Shown here: positions 1 to 12,890 of the stretch, piece after piece
Layout: each line of letters begins with the position of its first letter
Numbering within the stretch: the first letter of the stretch is position 1
NCBI GenBank assembly: GCA_000708835.1
Contig: DF237498.1
Location: forward strand, 1 to 61,232
Direction of reading: 5' to 3'
Length of the DNA stretch: 61,232 nucleotides
Source: Klebsormidium nitens
Lineage: Eukaryota; Plantae; Klebsormidiophyceae
Notes under the pieces: generated by a model
What the model saw: only the letters and a program-made list of their open reading frames with translations
Told to the model about the DNA's origin: nothing
Database searches by the model: none
Position numbers and translations under genes: made by a program

Positions 1-105
1 CCGGCCGTCCTGGACTACCTCGGCTCTGAGCCCTACCGACCTCTCGATCGCGCGGGCCGCTCTATGGTGAACTGCCCTAGCCTGGCTACGCTGGAGGCTA
101 ACTGA
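1..105 (+). CDS. Possible 3' end of an upstream gene (PAVLDYLGSEPYRPLDRAGRSMVNCPSLATLEAN*)
   Basis: Frame 1 is open from base 1 to TGA at 103-105 with GC3-rich codons like the exons downstream. No homology recognised. Confidence 0.3.
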   Translation, partial: PAVLDYLGSEPYRPLDRAGRSMVNCPSLATLEAN

Positions 106-207
106 AACCCGTGGCACTGGGCTTCAGTTGCCAGTACCAAGTTAAAACCATTATCCAGGAACTGGCAAAGAGCACCGCTCTAGTTGGTTTTGTGAATTTG
201 AAAGCTA

Positions 208-405
208 CAGCTCTTTGCGGGCAGCCTGCCGATTTAAGTTAGAGAGGGAAGCTTAGAAAGTTAGATGCGTAAGTTAGTCGCAGACCGCGAAATTACATAC
301 AGCGAGTCACGACAAGTATACAACCTAGTAGACAGCCGTGTAACTTGAATAACTTTCTAAGCTTCCCTCTCTAACTTAAATCGGCAGGCTGCCCGCAAAG
401 AGCTG
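208..405. mobile_element. MITE, Tc1/mariner (Stowaway-like)
   Basis: Perfect ~56-bp terminal inverted repeats (CAGCTCTTTGCGGGCAGCCTGCCGATTTAAGTTAGAGAGGGAAGCTTAGAAAGTTA at 208-263, reverse complement at 350-405), flanked by TA on both sides (206-207, 406-407). No ORF inside. Confidence 0.75.
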
Positions 406-611
406 TACTACTACCTACCAACTAGTGCGTTACGGTTTGCACACTTCTTTCGGCGCAGAGCCGCCAGGGAGCAAACAACAGGTAGTTTGCATACTACCAG
501 CTGGCGGCAGTCTGCGCTGCATTGGCACTTTCCAGCCAGGGCGGTCCCTACCGGCCCTCTAGGCTCTAGGCCCCTGCTGCAGCCAATTCCCGCTCTTTCA
601 GGACGGCTTAA

Positions 612-3600
612 ATGGCTTCCCGCATCGCACAGCTGCTCGGGTTCCTCCGAACGGGAAGCAAGTCGAACGCCACGGCTGCTGTTGCTCGGGGAACTTTCTC
701 CTCCGTGTATCCCCAGGCGCCTTCTGGAGCTAATATCTCCAAATTGGCAGCAGCCCACTTCCTGGGATCGAGCTTTTCGAGATCCCTGCACACGAATGCA
801 ACCCCAATTCCGACTTTTGATACAGCCCATGTTGGCGCTTTCGTCCGACAGCTCCTGCAGCGCGCAAGCGGACCAATCACAGCCCGCCATGTCAGCAGCT
901 CCGCTCAGCAGTCCTCTGCTCGCTCTTTTGGCACGCTCGTGCGATCAGCTGTCTCAGATGGCAAGCTCTCCCTTGCCCGGCGACCAGATGTTCTGAGGAA
1001 AGCGGACAAGGGAGCGTTTTCATGCCAGGCGGGGGGCAAGAGATCTCAGTACACGGACGGGAGGGGCGTCACGCATTTTCGAGCCAGGGGGTTTCAGGGC
1101 GCATACCAGGATCCCAACAGGCGGCGCAGACTTTTGATCATCGTTGGTGTGGCAGGGGTACGTCTGTTGTTGAAATCGCCTTTTTGAACCTCTTTTCCCT
1201 TCTCTTTGTTGGTTTCGTCCAGCCTCTTGGTAATGTCAGTGACATTTCTTATTATGCTTCTCTCTTGCTTCCCAGCCGCATGGATAGTCGAATTGAATCA
1301 TGCATTTGAGATATGGGAAGTGATGTTGCTGCTTCTGATGATTCCTTGTTTGTGTTGTTGAAAGAGCACCTCAATGACATCGTAAGTGGTGGTGGTGGTG
1401 TTATCATAAGATTAGAAAGCACAAAGAGGGGTCATGACAAAGGATTCAATGCACGATCGTGTAAGAGAACCCTTGCCGAGCTATGCAGCATGCTTGGCCA
1501 TCGCATTTTCTTCCTGCATGAGTCCATTCGGTCGATTGGTGGCGCTTGTGAATTCTTTATCTGATCAGTGAATCAGAAGAGGTTATCCATACCGTGATGC
1601 CTTCGAGTTGCATGCAGCATGCATGATCATCAGAGAATCATATCCAAGGGAGAACCTTCCTTGGACAATGAAGAAAGTCACGGTAGGGAAGACTTCCCAT
1701 GTAAGAAGCAATGCGCGCCACAAAGGAAAACGTTTGGTGCTGTCACTTTTCGCAATTGAGTTCCTCTGTATGGATGTAACATTCCCGCAAGACGTGACCA
1801 ATAAGGCGCAATTCTCCATCTCTGACAGGTTCATTAGAAGTATTCTGGCAGTCGGTGGGAATTGTGCAGTTGCATGTACTGACAGGGCAATTGCTTGAGA
1901 TTGCGCAAAATCTGAAAGACCACCGGGCAAGGCATGTGATTGAGACACACCACTTGCGAGGCTGTGTCAAAGCTTACTCTACCTTGGTGCTGACCTTCTT
2001 GACATCGCCCATCCAATGGCACCCAAATTTCTCAGCTTACTACTTTTGGTGGGATAGTTCAAGAGAAGACAGTCGCGAAAGTGATTGTTTTACTCTTCGC
2101 CACCTCCGATTTACTGATTTACTTCCTTAGCCCCATTCGCAAGTTGTCAGTCTCTCGATGTTCCCCTGCAGTGATCTCAGTAAGTGCTTTAGAAACAATA
2201 GTTGCCATTGTTTAGAGGGGCTTGTTCGGACCAGGGTCGGATAGCAACGACCTCACCTTTTCGCGTTCACAGGGCGGCCTCTACATCTACTACGTGACCC
2301 ACTTAGAGGAAGTGCCGTATACCCACCGGAAGCACTTCATCGCCATCAGCCCTGCAACTGAGCGTGCGCTCGGGGAGCAACAGTTCCAACAGGTACGTGT
2401 CATGCAGAAAGTGGAGAAGCAAAGAATATTGAACACTGGTTTGTCATTCTATGGATCCGTACCACGATTGGAAGTCTATTGTTGAACCGCCATTAGACTG
2501 GAAAGCATTCCTTTCTATCTGAGCAACTCTGCTGCAATCTTGCGGACACTTAATGTGCATCGCCTTTGTCCTTCAATTCCTTCCTCCCTTCTCTATCTTC
2601 GCTTAGGAACCTCTCTGCTCTACTCTGCAGACAACAGACCAACATTCATACAACGTGAAGTCTCTCTGTGATTGAAGCTCTGTTTCTGGAACCTCACATT
2701 CCTTGGAGTTCGCATCGTAGCCAGTTTCGTCCTTCTCCCATTCGCGTCAGGCTCCACTTTGGTGATCACAAGATTTCCCAGGTCAAACCCGTCAACATCA
2801 AAGCCAGCCAGTCCTGATTCTCCTCTTGCGTCAATCCTGATCTCTTTGGAAGTTTCCCACCGAGCGTTCTTCTCGTTCAGATCGAGCTTCGAACCGGCAA
2901 CGACACTGTATGCAACAACACCCCAAACCCGTCGCTTTCATTCTTAAAAGCGCAGGCTGAAGGGCCCGACCTTTCCTGCGGATCGTTTTCAATCTTTTAC
3001 GATTATCTTAGCCTTTTTTAAAAATACCTCGTGTACAACAAGTTCCAGTCATCCTGCCCAATAACCACCCCCAAAGTTTTTGCCTCTCCTTCCAGTGGCA
3101 GGCTGCAAAGCTTGACATTCGTCGTGCCCCCTTTTATAATCCTATACCCCTGTGTCAGGCCGGTCGTGTAGAACAAGTTCCGTTTCTTAATGACATCCTG
3201 CCCGCGGCGCTCCCGCAAGTTGCAGAGCTCGTGCCTTGCTTATCAACTCTACGAGTCTTTAACCGGATATAATTTTCCCATGCAGATCAAGCTCCAGTTT
3301 GCCGACGACATCCTGCCGAATAACCACCCCGAAACCCGCCGCGTACGCAAGATCGCATCGCGCATCATCGACGCGGCGACTGCGGGCGTAGACGAGCCTC
3401 CCCAGAACAAGCGCGACGCGGACGGAGAACTGGTACTCGACACGGCCGTGGTGGTAGACAAGGAGGTACGCAGCAGTGGCCCTGTGCTAATCTTGGAGCG
3501 GTGTGGAAAGCCTTTTCTAAAGTACAGCACGCAGCTCTGTCACTCTGGCAGTCCACTTTGCAGCCCGGAAAGGGAAGGAACTCTTGAATGGCAGCCTCCT

Positions 3601-6600
3601 TCAGACTGACTCAACTCCGAGATTAGTTTCGTGGTGAGGGCTGGATCGCGCGTTTGGAAAGCTGTTGGATCGCAAACTCTGGTCGACGTACTTCCCATTC
3701 ATTTCGATTTGCTGCGGGGATCGGACAGTATACTCTCTTTGCGGTATAATTGACAACGCCTAGAAAGACAACATTCTGTGGGAAGTGGTCGGAGCTTGGT
3801 TCCACGCTCTACAATCCGTAAAGGAATAGGTGGGCAGAAGTTTGCTTGACAGGGGTTCATTTCATACCTTCTGAGAAAGCGGTTTTCGACCCGAGGACAT
3901 TCTCCCGAGCACTCCTCTGCCACCAGATACGGGCACGGAACTGTGTAACGGCTGTCGCAATCGACGCGAAAGGACTCACAGACCGCTCTGTCTGCTCACA
4001 GGATCAGCCAAAGAGGCGCGAACTGAAGCCGGGGAAGAGGCCGGTTCCGATACCCGGGGAAGATCACATGCATGGGGGGGCAGAAACGGCAGGAAAACGA
4101 GACCCCCGCGACGAAGAGCTGCAAGGAGTGGACCGGGAGATGCTGGAGGAAGGAGTGCACGGGGCGCCGGATAAAGGAGGTGGGCCGTCCAATTGGACTA
4201 CGGGCTTGTGCGGACGATTGTCAGCCGTCGGATCCGTGTTCGCGCATGTGTGTACAACCGTCGGCCGTTGAAGATGCCTTCTGTCCGCATGCAGGTAGTG
4301 ACTAGACGTTCTTTCTTCGTTCGGGGTCAAGCTTCCGAGAACACCTTCGCTCGTCTCTGGATCCTAGGGCTACATTCCGGGCCTGTAACTGTGTCCGGAA
4401 TCAAGCAGACGAGCTTGCGGCGCCCGATATGGAGTTTACCATCTAAGAATGCCTGTGGGCTGCTTTCCAATCAGATTCGCTTCTCACTGGGGGGGTTGCT
4501 ACACGGACCACCTGGAGAGCCCCTTCCCCCTCGATCTGAACCCCAATATTTCTGAACCAAACGAGAATCCTCTTAAAGTGTGTTTCTTTGGTTGATCTTT
4601 GGTCGGCCCATCGTTCAATCTAATGACCCCACCAGAACATCCTCTTCCTCAGGAGGGGGTGGCTAGATGGAGCACCTGAAGGGCCTGCGGTGGGAGGTGT
4701 TGGTGGTAGACAAGGACATCCTGAACGCCTTCTGTCTTCCGGGGGGGAAGAGCGTCGTCTTCGCCGGGCTCATCGTTTCATCTGATCCCAACCCCCCAAA
4801 ATATTTCCTTCCTCAGGGGGGGGTGGCTACACGGACCACCTGAAGGGCCTGCGGTGGGAGGCGCTGGTGGTAGACAAGGACATTCTGAATCCCTTTTGTC
4901 TTCGGGGGTGGAAGATCGTTTCTCTGGTTTTCTCATCGTTTTTTCTGACCCCAACCCCCCAAAACACTCTCTCGCTCAGGGGGGGGTGGCTACACGGACC
5001 ACCTGAAGGGCCTGCGGTGGGAGGTGCTAGTGGTTGACAAGGACATCCTGAACGCCTTTTGTCTTCCGGGGGGGAAGATCGTCGTCTTCACTGGGCTGAT
5101 CAAGCACTTCCCGACCTCGGATGAGATCGCCACCGTACTGGGGCACGAGGTCGGTTGCATCCACCGGGCTATGTTCGTTTGCTTCTTGTTTTCCTGGGGG
5201 AACGGGTGTTCATCGCCTTTGTGAAACGCGGTTGGTCGCATCAATTGGGCTCCACGCGTTTGCCGTGTGTTGTTTTTGAGGCACTTGATATCCATTCCGT
5301 TTGTAAAGGCAGGTCGAGCGGTTACGGAAAGCAGGGGTCTGTTGCACCCGTTTGTTGCGTGTCTTTTGGGGGCTGACAAACATTGCGTCTTTGAAAGCAG
5401 GTTGAGAGGTGACGAAAGTTAAAGTGGTTGTTTCGGACTTGGCGAGTCTGACTACTCTGTGCCCATTTGCTGGGTGATGCTTCGGGAGAGTGGTGTCCAG
5501 TCCGTTTGTCAAAGCGAATTGAGAACAAAATCAAATCATGCAAAGGTTTGGGAAATTGTGGTTCTGCCTTTGACACGAAGAGGAAGAAGGAAGTTTGGAG
5601 TAGTCCTTCTTTGGGCTTGGAGAGTTCCTGACCAAGATTCTGAGTGCTGCTGCTTGCCTCAACTTTCATGTTTGCTCGTCCTGTGACCAACACATGTAAA
5701 TTTCTGAAGGTTTAAAGCGCAACTTTTGGATCCTGAACTGAAGTTCATCAACCTCTCGTATTATGAGACCCAGCAACATTTGATCTGTTGAGAAGTTGTA
5801 TACCAAGTCGCGATCTTGAGAGCGATTTGTCGCTGGGTTTTTCTTCGTCTAGAGACATTTCATGAAAGCGGACTCTGCAAGGGGAGGAAGCTGTCACACG
5901 GCTGCTGGAACTAGAAGATTTGAAGCCTTTGAAATCATATTATGCATTCCTTTAGGTCAAGCCGCTTACGGCTGAACACGCCACGTGGGTTAGAGAAAGT
6001 CGTCCAAGTGTTGAATCCAGTGCCCCCGAATGCTAAAGCCAACCCTCTTACACCCCAAGAACCTCGCCCCTTCCGGATAGGTGGATCACAGGAGCGCGGG
6101 CCACGTGGAGGAACAGTTGTCGTCTAAAGAACGGCAGTCCCAGATACATATTTCTCAAAACCGTTACATTGTAAACCCAGGTTTCCTGATCGAAAACCGC
6201 ACCCCTTCCCGACAGGTGGCTCACGGGAGCGCGCGGCATGTGGGAGAGAAGTTGTCGTCGGGTTTCATCGTGTCCGTTCTGGAACTCGCCGCGTACTTCG
6301 CGGGTCTGCCCATCGAACTCATAGTCCCCGCCTCGCAATCGCTGATAAGCCTACCCAACTCGAGAAAGTGAGTGCGGCCGTGGCACGTAGGGCCGCCGGT
6401 AACCCATCTCAAACCCTATCCCTAACCCTCCCTCAACCCTTGCCTGTCTTTTCCTTATTTCGCATGCCTTGTTTGGCCGGGACGACCTTGAAAGAGCTCG
6501 TTAAAACACTGTGCTAACCTCCGTTCCTCCGCCTTGAAGTTGTGTCGCTTTCTTGATAATTGAACGGGCCGAACGCCAAAGAAAGAGTCCGGGAAAGCGG

Positions 6601-9600
6601 AGGCTTCAGGACTTTGATCTGCAGGTGGCGCGCATTGCCAAGGGGCTCTCCTGGAGTCCTTCACTCCTTCGGGACTTGACGAGGTTTGACTTTTGACCAG
6701 GGTTTCAGGATATCTTGCAGGTAGCCTAGGTCGTGCCGTGCGATGCTGCCAAAAACTTTGCCGAGAGCACTTCATTTTTGTTGAAATTGTTGAAAATCGG
6801 TTGAGAATCCGGTTTAGGTTTGACAAACCGTATGCTTTGTAGCGTTTGCTCTCGGCTTTACCCTATGAATTCTTTATAACCGGGGGGGCTGCGTAATCTA
6901 CAGGTAGCCCACATCACGGCGCGCCGCTTTTTGCCGCAAATCTCTCCCAGCCCTCTTCGAAGGGTCCTCGGATTTTGGGGTTTGGATAACCGGGGGGTTT
7001 GCATAACCTACAGGTAGCCCACGTCGTGGCGCGCCACATTGCCGAGAAGCTCTCGCAGAATCTCTGGTTGGTGTTTGGCGAGATACTCGCTCTGCAGTTC
7101 GTGGGGGATCCCTATCTGGTCGACTACATTGCCACCCTGGCGTTCCGCCTGCGCTACTCGCGCAAGTAAGCGAGCGGGGTTGAAAGCGGGTTAGAGTTTC
7201 TGGGAATGGGTTAAGGGAAGTTTCAAATGGTGGGGAATCCCTCTTCGGGTTGATAACATTGCCACGCTGGCGTTCCGCCTGCGCTACTCGCGCAAGTAAG
7301 CAAGAGGGTTTGGATGAGTTTAGGGAGACAATGGGGTACAGATATTTCATTCAGTTTTTGGATTCCTTTTTCGTTGACTACCATTGCTACGCTGGCAATC
7401 TGTCTGTGCTACTCGCGCAAGTAAGCGAGAGGGTTAATGTTTGAGGGAATGGGTTACCAACTTTACAACTCGTTGGGGATTGCTATCTGGTCGCCCCTAT
7501 ATTGCCACGCTGGCGTTCCGTTTGCGCTACTCGCGCAAGTAAGCGAGAGGGTTAAGCTTTGAGGATATGGATTACCGACTTATACAAGTCGTTGGGATAT
7601 TTGGTCGCCTGTATTGCCACGCTGGCGTTCCGCCTGCGCTACTCGCGCAAATAAGCGCGCGGGTTAAGACGGGTTAGGGTTTGTGGGATTGGGTTAAGGC
7701 AACTTTATATCGCAGGCTGAGGTCGCTCAAGGCGCTCGGTTTCTTGCGCCTGCGCAAGCAAGCGAGGGTCTAGGTCGAGGCGCGTTAAGAGAACCGCTCA
7801 AAGCGGTTCTGTTGACGGGTTAAGCGGATGTTGGAGTCGATCCAGCTGGCTCAAGGGGAGGGGCTAACGGCGACAGAAAAGCATTCAGTTTGGAAGTGTC
7901 CACGGCCAGCATGTCACAAGATTGGTTCTGGTTCAGCTTAGAAGGTCTCAATGAGGAAAAGCACGGTTTCCAAGCAATTCGCAAATGCCTAACGAATGGT
8001 TTTGGGTTCTTTCAACCAGACTGTCAAGAGTCCAGTGCTTTGAGGTTCTCAATGGTCTGCTTTCAACGGGGTGGCTTCGCCTACTGCACAAGGAAAAGGA
8101 AACCGGGTTTCACAACTGACACTACAGGCGGGGTTGCTTATAGAAGCAAATCTTGCGGCACCTAAACTCTTCGGTCGCCCTGACTCGACCAACGAATTCC
8201 TTCGGTTGAGTGTGGCAGAACAGCAATGTGTGGAAGCAGATTCAGAACACACCAAAACGAGCCGTTTACGCCCTGTACAGATTCAGAAGGGAGGCGGATA
8301 AGATCAGGCTGCGAAAGTGCACGTGATTGCCAGAATAACAGGGATCTCAACCTCTCTTTTCTACGCAATTCAGAGTTGCATGCGGATTCGCTTGGGCTAG
8401 TTTAGAAGCATGCAACAGTCAAGACCGCGAATGACAGACTGCAAGGACGCGTCTCCGTTTCCAGTGCAGGCTCAAATTTGAAGGCCGCCTAACATTGCGC
8501 GGATGCGTGCGTGGCCAAAGGGCACACCTCGAAACTCTTAAGAGCCTGATACTCTTGACGTCTTATACCACGCTAATGGATTGTTGGTGCGTTTTCTCCT
8601 GATCATATGCAGGCGGACATTCGAGGCGGATGAAGCTGATCCAATCTACCAGCAGTCGAACAAGGTCACCTTCTTTCAATTGCTCTTACATCTTTTTCCT
8701 CTGCGAGGTGGAATGGAGGCGAAGACGATTGGGCTGACCTTCGATCTGATTACAGAGCCTATTCATCGTGGAGATTACGTGAAAGATCGTCTGTCAATGA
8801 AATCGTAAAGCTCCATGAATCCATGCAAAGCACATAAACCTCCACTCCTTTCGTATGCAGGCTTGAATCGGAGGCGGATAAGATAGGGCTGATCCTGATG
8901 GCGGCTGCGGGCTACGATCCTCGCATCGCGCCTTCCTTCTACGCGGTGAGTTTCTGCACGTGTCCGATTGCCACGTGTCACCCACGTGCTTATACCTCCA
9001 CCACCCAAATCTCCCGTCTACAACAATCCCTCTCTCGGCTTGAGCCGTTCGGATTCGGTGGAACGATTTGTCTGCTCTTTTTTCACTCGGAGCTTTGCTC
9101 GGCGTTTCGTGTGTATGGTCATCTGTTCTCACCTGGAGGACATGTGCCACCTTGTGGTAATGCCACGTACAAAGGTGACACGTGTCCCTTCAAGCGGCGT
9201 CGCTTTGTGTGCCAATCAACCTGGACCGCTCATTCTCGTCGCTTCAAGTTTTCAAGGTCCGGCTCATCATCGGCCCGGAAGACCGAAGGGATTCTGCCGT
9301 TTCGAAGGGATCCCCTTGAATTGCCCAAAGCGGCACCAATCCGCTTATACAACGAAGTGTTGTCTCTGTACTTCCCTTGAAAGATACCAATGGAAATGAT
9401 AAGCACTTGGCACGTTCTGTGCGATCTTCAAACTATTTGGTAACAGGGAGGGGGCCTTTAGCGATCGTCGAACTCCGCGGTCACCAGAAGTTTCCATCCT
9501 TATGTTCAGAACTACTTCTCCGCTCAAAGAGACCACTGGCACGTTTGCACCCGGTAGATTGACTTTTTGCCTTGACACCTCCCCAAATCCGCTTGCTCGA

Positions 9601-10942
9601 GAGTTGTCTGCTTGAGCGACAGTTTCACTCGCGCTTTTCGGGTCTGCAGAAAATGGCGCAACTGGAGGGACTCCCCGAGTACTTCCAGTACCTGTCGACG
9701 CACCCTGCGGGCCAGTGAGTCGCTGCCCGGTTCATTCTACTATCTCTCGCTTGTGCAGAATCGGCTTCGCCAAGAACCGCGCCAAGTTGGTGTTCATGTC
9801 TTTAAAGTGTGCGCACAATGCTGGTTGGGGCGATTGATAGTACGACGATAGAATCCACTCGCTCGTCCAAGAAAGTTTTCAGCTTTTTCTCTGTACGTAA
9901 CTTGCAAGCCGAGATTCTCGAGCGTTCGGTTTCATGGATCGCGAGCGTTTGACCGTCTTATGACCGTACAAAGCGCTGTTTTGGAGTTGTCTTCTTCCAC
10001 TACTGGAGTCTGCAGTACGGCGCAGGCTAGCTTTGCCCTGGACAGATACTTCAAGAAACAAGAAGGGTTCCTGCATTGTGAACCGCTAGCGTGAACTGGC
10101 TACCGCTTTTTTGGAAAACACCCCAAGATTGTCGAGGCACCAATCATAATTGGGACCCTTTTCTTTGAAATGGCACAGGCTGTTGTGCTCGCAATTGAAG
10201 TTGGTCAGGGCGTCCGGCATTTGCGGGCCAAATTAAATGCATGGTTATATCATGACTTCTCGAACGGCGTTGATCCTGAAAGAATGGCTGGAAATGCGGC
10301 CAGATTGAAGATCCAGGCAACGGGCGCGTGCAGACGCAAAAACAATCTGAAGGAGTACGCGTTGATGATCAAAAACTGGGAATATTATCTTTTGTTGGCG
10401 TCGGAATTGTGAATCTGAATGAGAGTTCTGCATGTTCTTTGCGTCCCTGCAAATCACAGACCTTCTCCTAGCTCCTTTTTCCAGGCAACAAGCGCCAGCA
10501 AAGGGAACGAAGAAGGCATTGGATGAGCACACGGTCCAAGCTCGACGGAGTGTTTGACCGGATTTCCATATCAAACGCTCTTTCTCTAGAAGCCGCCCAG
10601 AATATCCAGCTTACTCAGACGCTGGTTCTTTGTTGCTACTCTGGCAACGGGCGCGCGCTCACGCAAGCGAAGGTGATGGAGAAGGCCTTGGATTCTCAAG
10701 TACGCGGCCAGGGTCCAAGCACGACAAGCGTGAAGAAATCTTCTGAAAAATGCATTTCCGTGTCTGATCCAACCCAAGACGTTTCCTTTTCCTTTTTCCC
10801 CTTCTTTATATTGAACGTTTCGTTGTTACGCAGGCAACGGGCGCGCGCGCTCGCGCAATCGAAGGTGATGGAGGAAGCGGTCCGGATCTACGAGAGGACG
10901 CTCGAGAAGCAACAGCAGCACAAGTTCTTTCTCGGTTTCTAG
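612..10942 (+). CDS. OMA1: Mitochondrial metalloendopeptidase OMA1-like (peptidase M48), spliced
   Basis: Phase-consistent GT-AG exons: 612-1157, 2273-2392, 3286-3465, 4002-4179, 4980-5149, [6216-6367 or 7014-7165], 8861-8945, 9650-9714, 10834-10942. Motifs EEVPYTHRKHF, WEVLVVDKDILNAFCLPGGKIVVFTGL, EIATVLGHE|VAH (HExxH), ESEADKIGLILMAAAGYDPR, YLSTHP. The N-terminus is Ser/Arg/Ala-rich, like a transit peptide. Confidence 0.92.
4484..4979 (+). repeat. Three degenerate tandem copies of the acceptor plus 5' part of OMA1 exon 5
   Basis: Copies of (cag)GGGGGTGGCTACACGGACCACCTG.. near 4485, 4650 and 4812 (the last two extend to ..TTGTCTTC..GGAAGA), ~165-bp period, upstream of the intact exon at 4980. 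Confidence 0.85.
6216..6367 (+). CDS. OMA1: OMA1 alternative exon 6a (VAHGSARHVGEKLSS...LPNSRK)
   Basis: cag acceptor, gtgagt donor, 152 nt, phase 0 to 2, no stop, completes HEVAH. Confidence 0.75.
7014..7165 (+). CDS. OMA1: OMA1 alternative exon 6b (VAHVVARHIAEKLSQNLW...FRLRYSRK)
   Basis: cag acceptor, gtaagc donor, 152 nt, phase 0 to 2, no stop. Closer to the land-plant OMA1 pattern (ARH.AE...NLW...RLPFSRK). Confidence 0.8.
7166..7760 (+). repeat. Four or five tandem copies of the 3' end plus donor of OMA1 exon 6b
   Basis: ATTGCCACGCTGGCGTTCCGCCTGCGCTACTCGCGCAAGTAAGC and variants near 7258, 7383, 7501 and 7614, ~120-bp period, with G-rich GGGTTA-containing spacers. Confidence 0.85.
10480..10833 (+). 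repeat. Degenerate copies of the start of the last OMA1 exon
   Basis: GGCAACGGGCGCGCGCTCACGCAAGCGAAGGTGATGGAG near 10645 and a weaker copy near 10485. Confidence 0.6.
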
Positions 10943-12890
10943 GGACGGCGATGTCGAAATATGAAACGAACGGACTAAAAGTAAGAGAGTGAGGCAGACT
11001 CGGAGCAGTGCGGAGCAGTGCGCGGTGCACAGTGCAGGACTATAGCGGTAGTGGGCACTGATTTGCATGAGCAAGGTGCGGATACTTGATCATGCAGAAC
11101 GTATGGAGTGTGTGCGTTTGTGGAGGATCATGTAAATAGTAGGGACGCCGCGGGTCTACTTTTGCTTGGAGACAAGGAAGTGGATCGGCGTGGTATAGTT
11201 TTAGTACCATGGTCCCGAATCTTGGCGCATAGAGGCAGTCCAAGCAGTCAAAGATGGTGCATTTTGGGTCTCGATTATCTCATCTCCGCAGCAAGGGTGG
11301 AGCTTACTTCAAGTCCTTGTTCACGGTCAGAGGCCGAACGAGAGGCCGTCAATGAAAGTGAAGCCCTGGTGAAGCTCTTTGGCTACTTTTAACATTCATT
11401 GTCCGCAACGCCTTGGGGGAATTCAGGGTGTTATTGTCCGAGCTTCAATTTATTGAAGCCGAATCGTGAGTATCCATAACCGGCGCGTGCAAATGTTGCC
11501 AAAGTGCGCATTGTAGGTGGGACTCAACCTCGAAACTAGCTTAATGCGTTCGTTTGTGCCGAGCCTGAGGGGCAACTTCGTTCGACAAGAGGTTAAACCG
11601 TTGCATGACGTTTTTTCACATATACATGTGTACCTTATGTGGACACGGTGCCCTCGACATAATGGTGCCGCTAGTACGGTAACGCTCGCTGCGTCGGGCG
11701 CGCTATTTGAAGTTTGATTACTTACGGTATCATATTGTTCGAATGATAACAGGAGATCATTCGAACGTGTCCGTCCAATCGTACGTTGCCGCCTAACATG
11801 CATGTAAGCACCGAGTCCGCCATGCTGCATGTGCTTCCATGAGCTAGCTAGGCGTGTAGAACGACGTTAAGTTACCGATCATCGATCGGATCGATCATTT
11901 TGCATGATGGTGGCACACATGCACGACGTACGGCAATAAGCTGTACGTGGACTATATGCAATGTTCCGAGCGACCTAGAAACGGTCGGCTGGGATCCTCG
12001 TAACTGGAGCCTGCATGATGATCGAGTCATGACGTCTCGGTACTTTCGTTTGTATAATGTCTTCTCGCATCACATCACAACGATTAATTGCACGATGTGA
12101 TACGCACCGACATTGCCAGATCGGCGGTGCACCACATGAATCCTTCTCGAGTATCTCAGCTTTAACGTGCATCGGCGCGCTCAAATTGGTGTCTCTTATC
12201 AGAAACAATAAAACAAAATTTATAACGCTAAAGAGTGACTCCAGAGTCGAACACAATCATGTTGGGTGTCTTTACCAGTCGAACTATGAATTTGTCGGCT
12301 GGTTGGGTGGGATCAAAGTATTTTCTTCAAGTTGCACTCGGACGTAAATACTACCAAAACTGTGACTTGTATGTCAAAACCATTGGATCGCTATCTCGGT
12401 TGACAGTAAACGAACTTCACAGTACGGAGAATGTCACTCTTAGAAATACAGGTGGACGGTAATCGACGGTAAGTTGGCTGATGCGTAGACATCTCGGTAA
12501 TCGTTTCCAAGCAAATACACACGTAGTCTATTTCTTACCCTCTACTGTCAAGGTCTATATAATACTACTGCCCCCTCCCAGTTGGCCCCAGGGGTTGTTG
12601 CTTCTCTCCAAACTCAATCAAACTCCACCCAATAAGTTATCCTCATCTGTAAGGACCGGAACGGAATCGTTTCCGCCCGTGGCTCGAATAATAGGACCTG
12701 ATTATAACCTCCACGAACTGCTTTCTCGTGCTCCCATGAACACTTGGAATCGGTGGTCTCCCGCTGACGTCGCAATGACGTCGCTCTAGCAAGCTGACAC
12801 CTCCTGTTCGCAAGCCTCTTCGCCGGCCGGAAAGCACTCTTATTCTGCCACGTGTACTTTTCTTATTCTCTTGTGCCGCCACGTGTTCGC

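Noticed and set aside
1300-2200. ORFs in OMA1 intron 1 (1583-1948, 1855-2130)
   Set aside because: No recognisable motif and no need for them in the spliced frame.
8581-8808. ORF after a cag near 8612 as OMA1 exon 7
   Set aside because: It lacks the E.EAD.IG motif, which is in exon 8861-8945.
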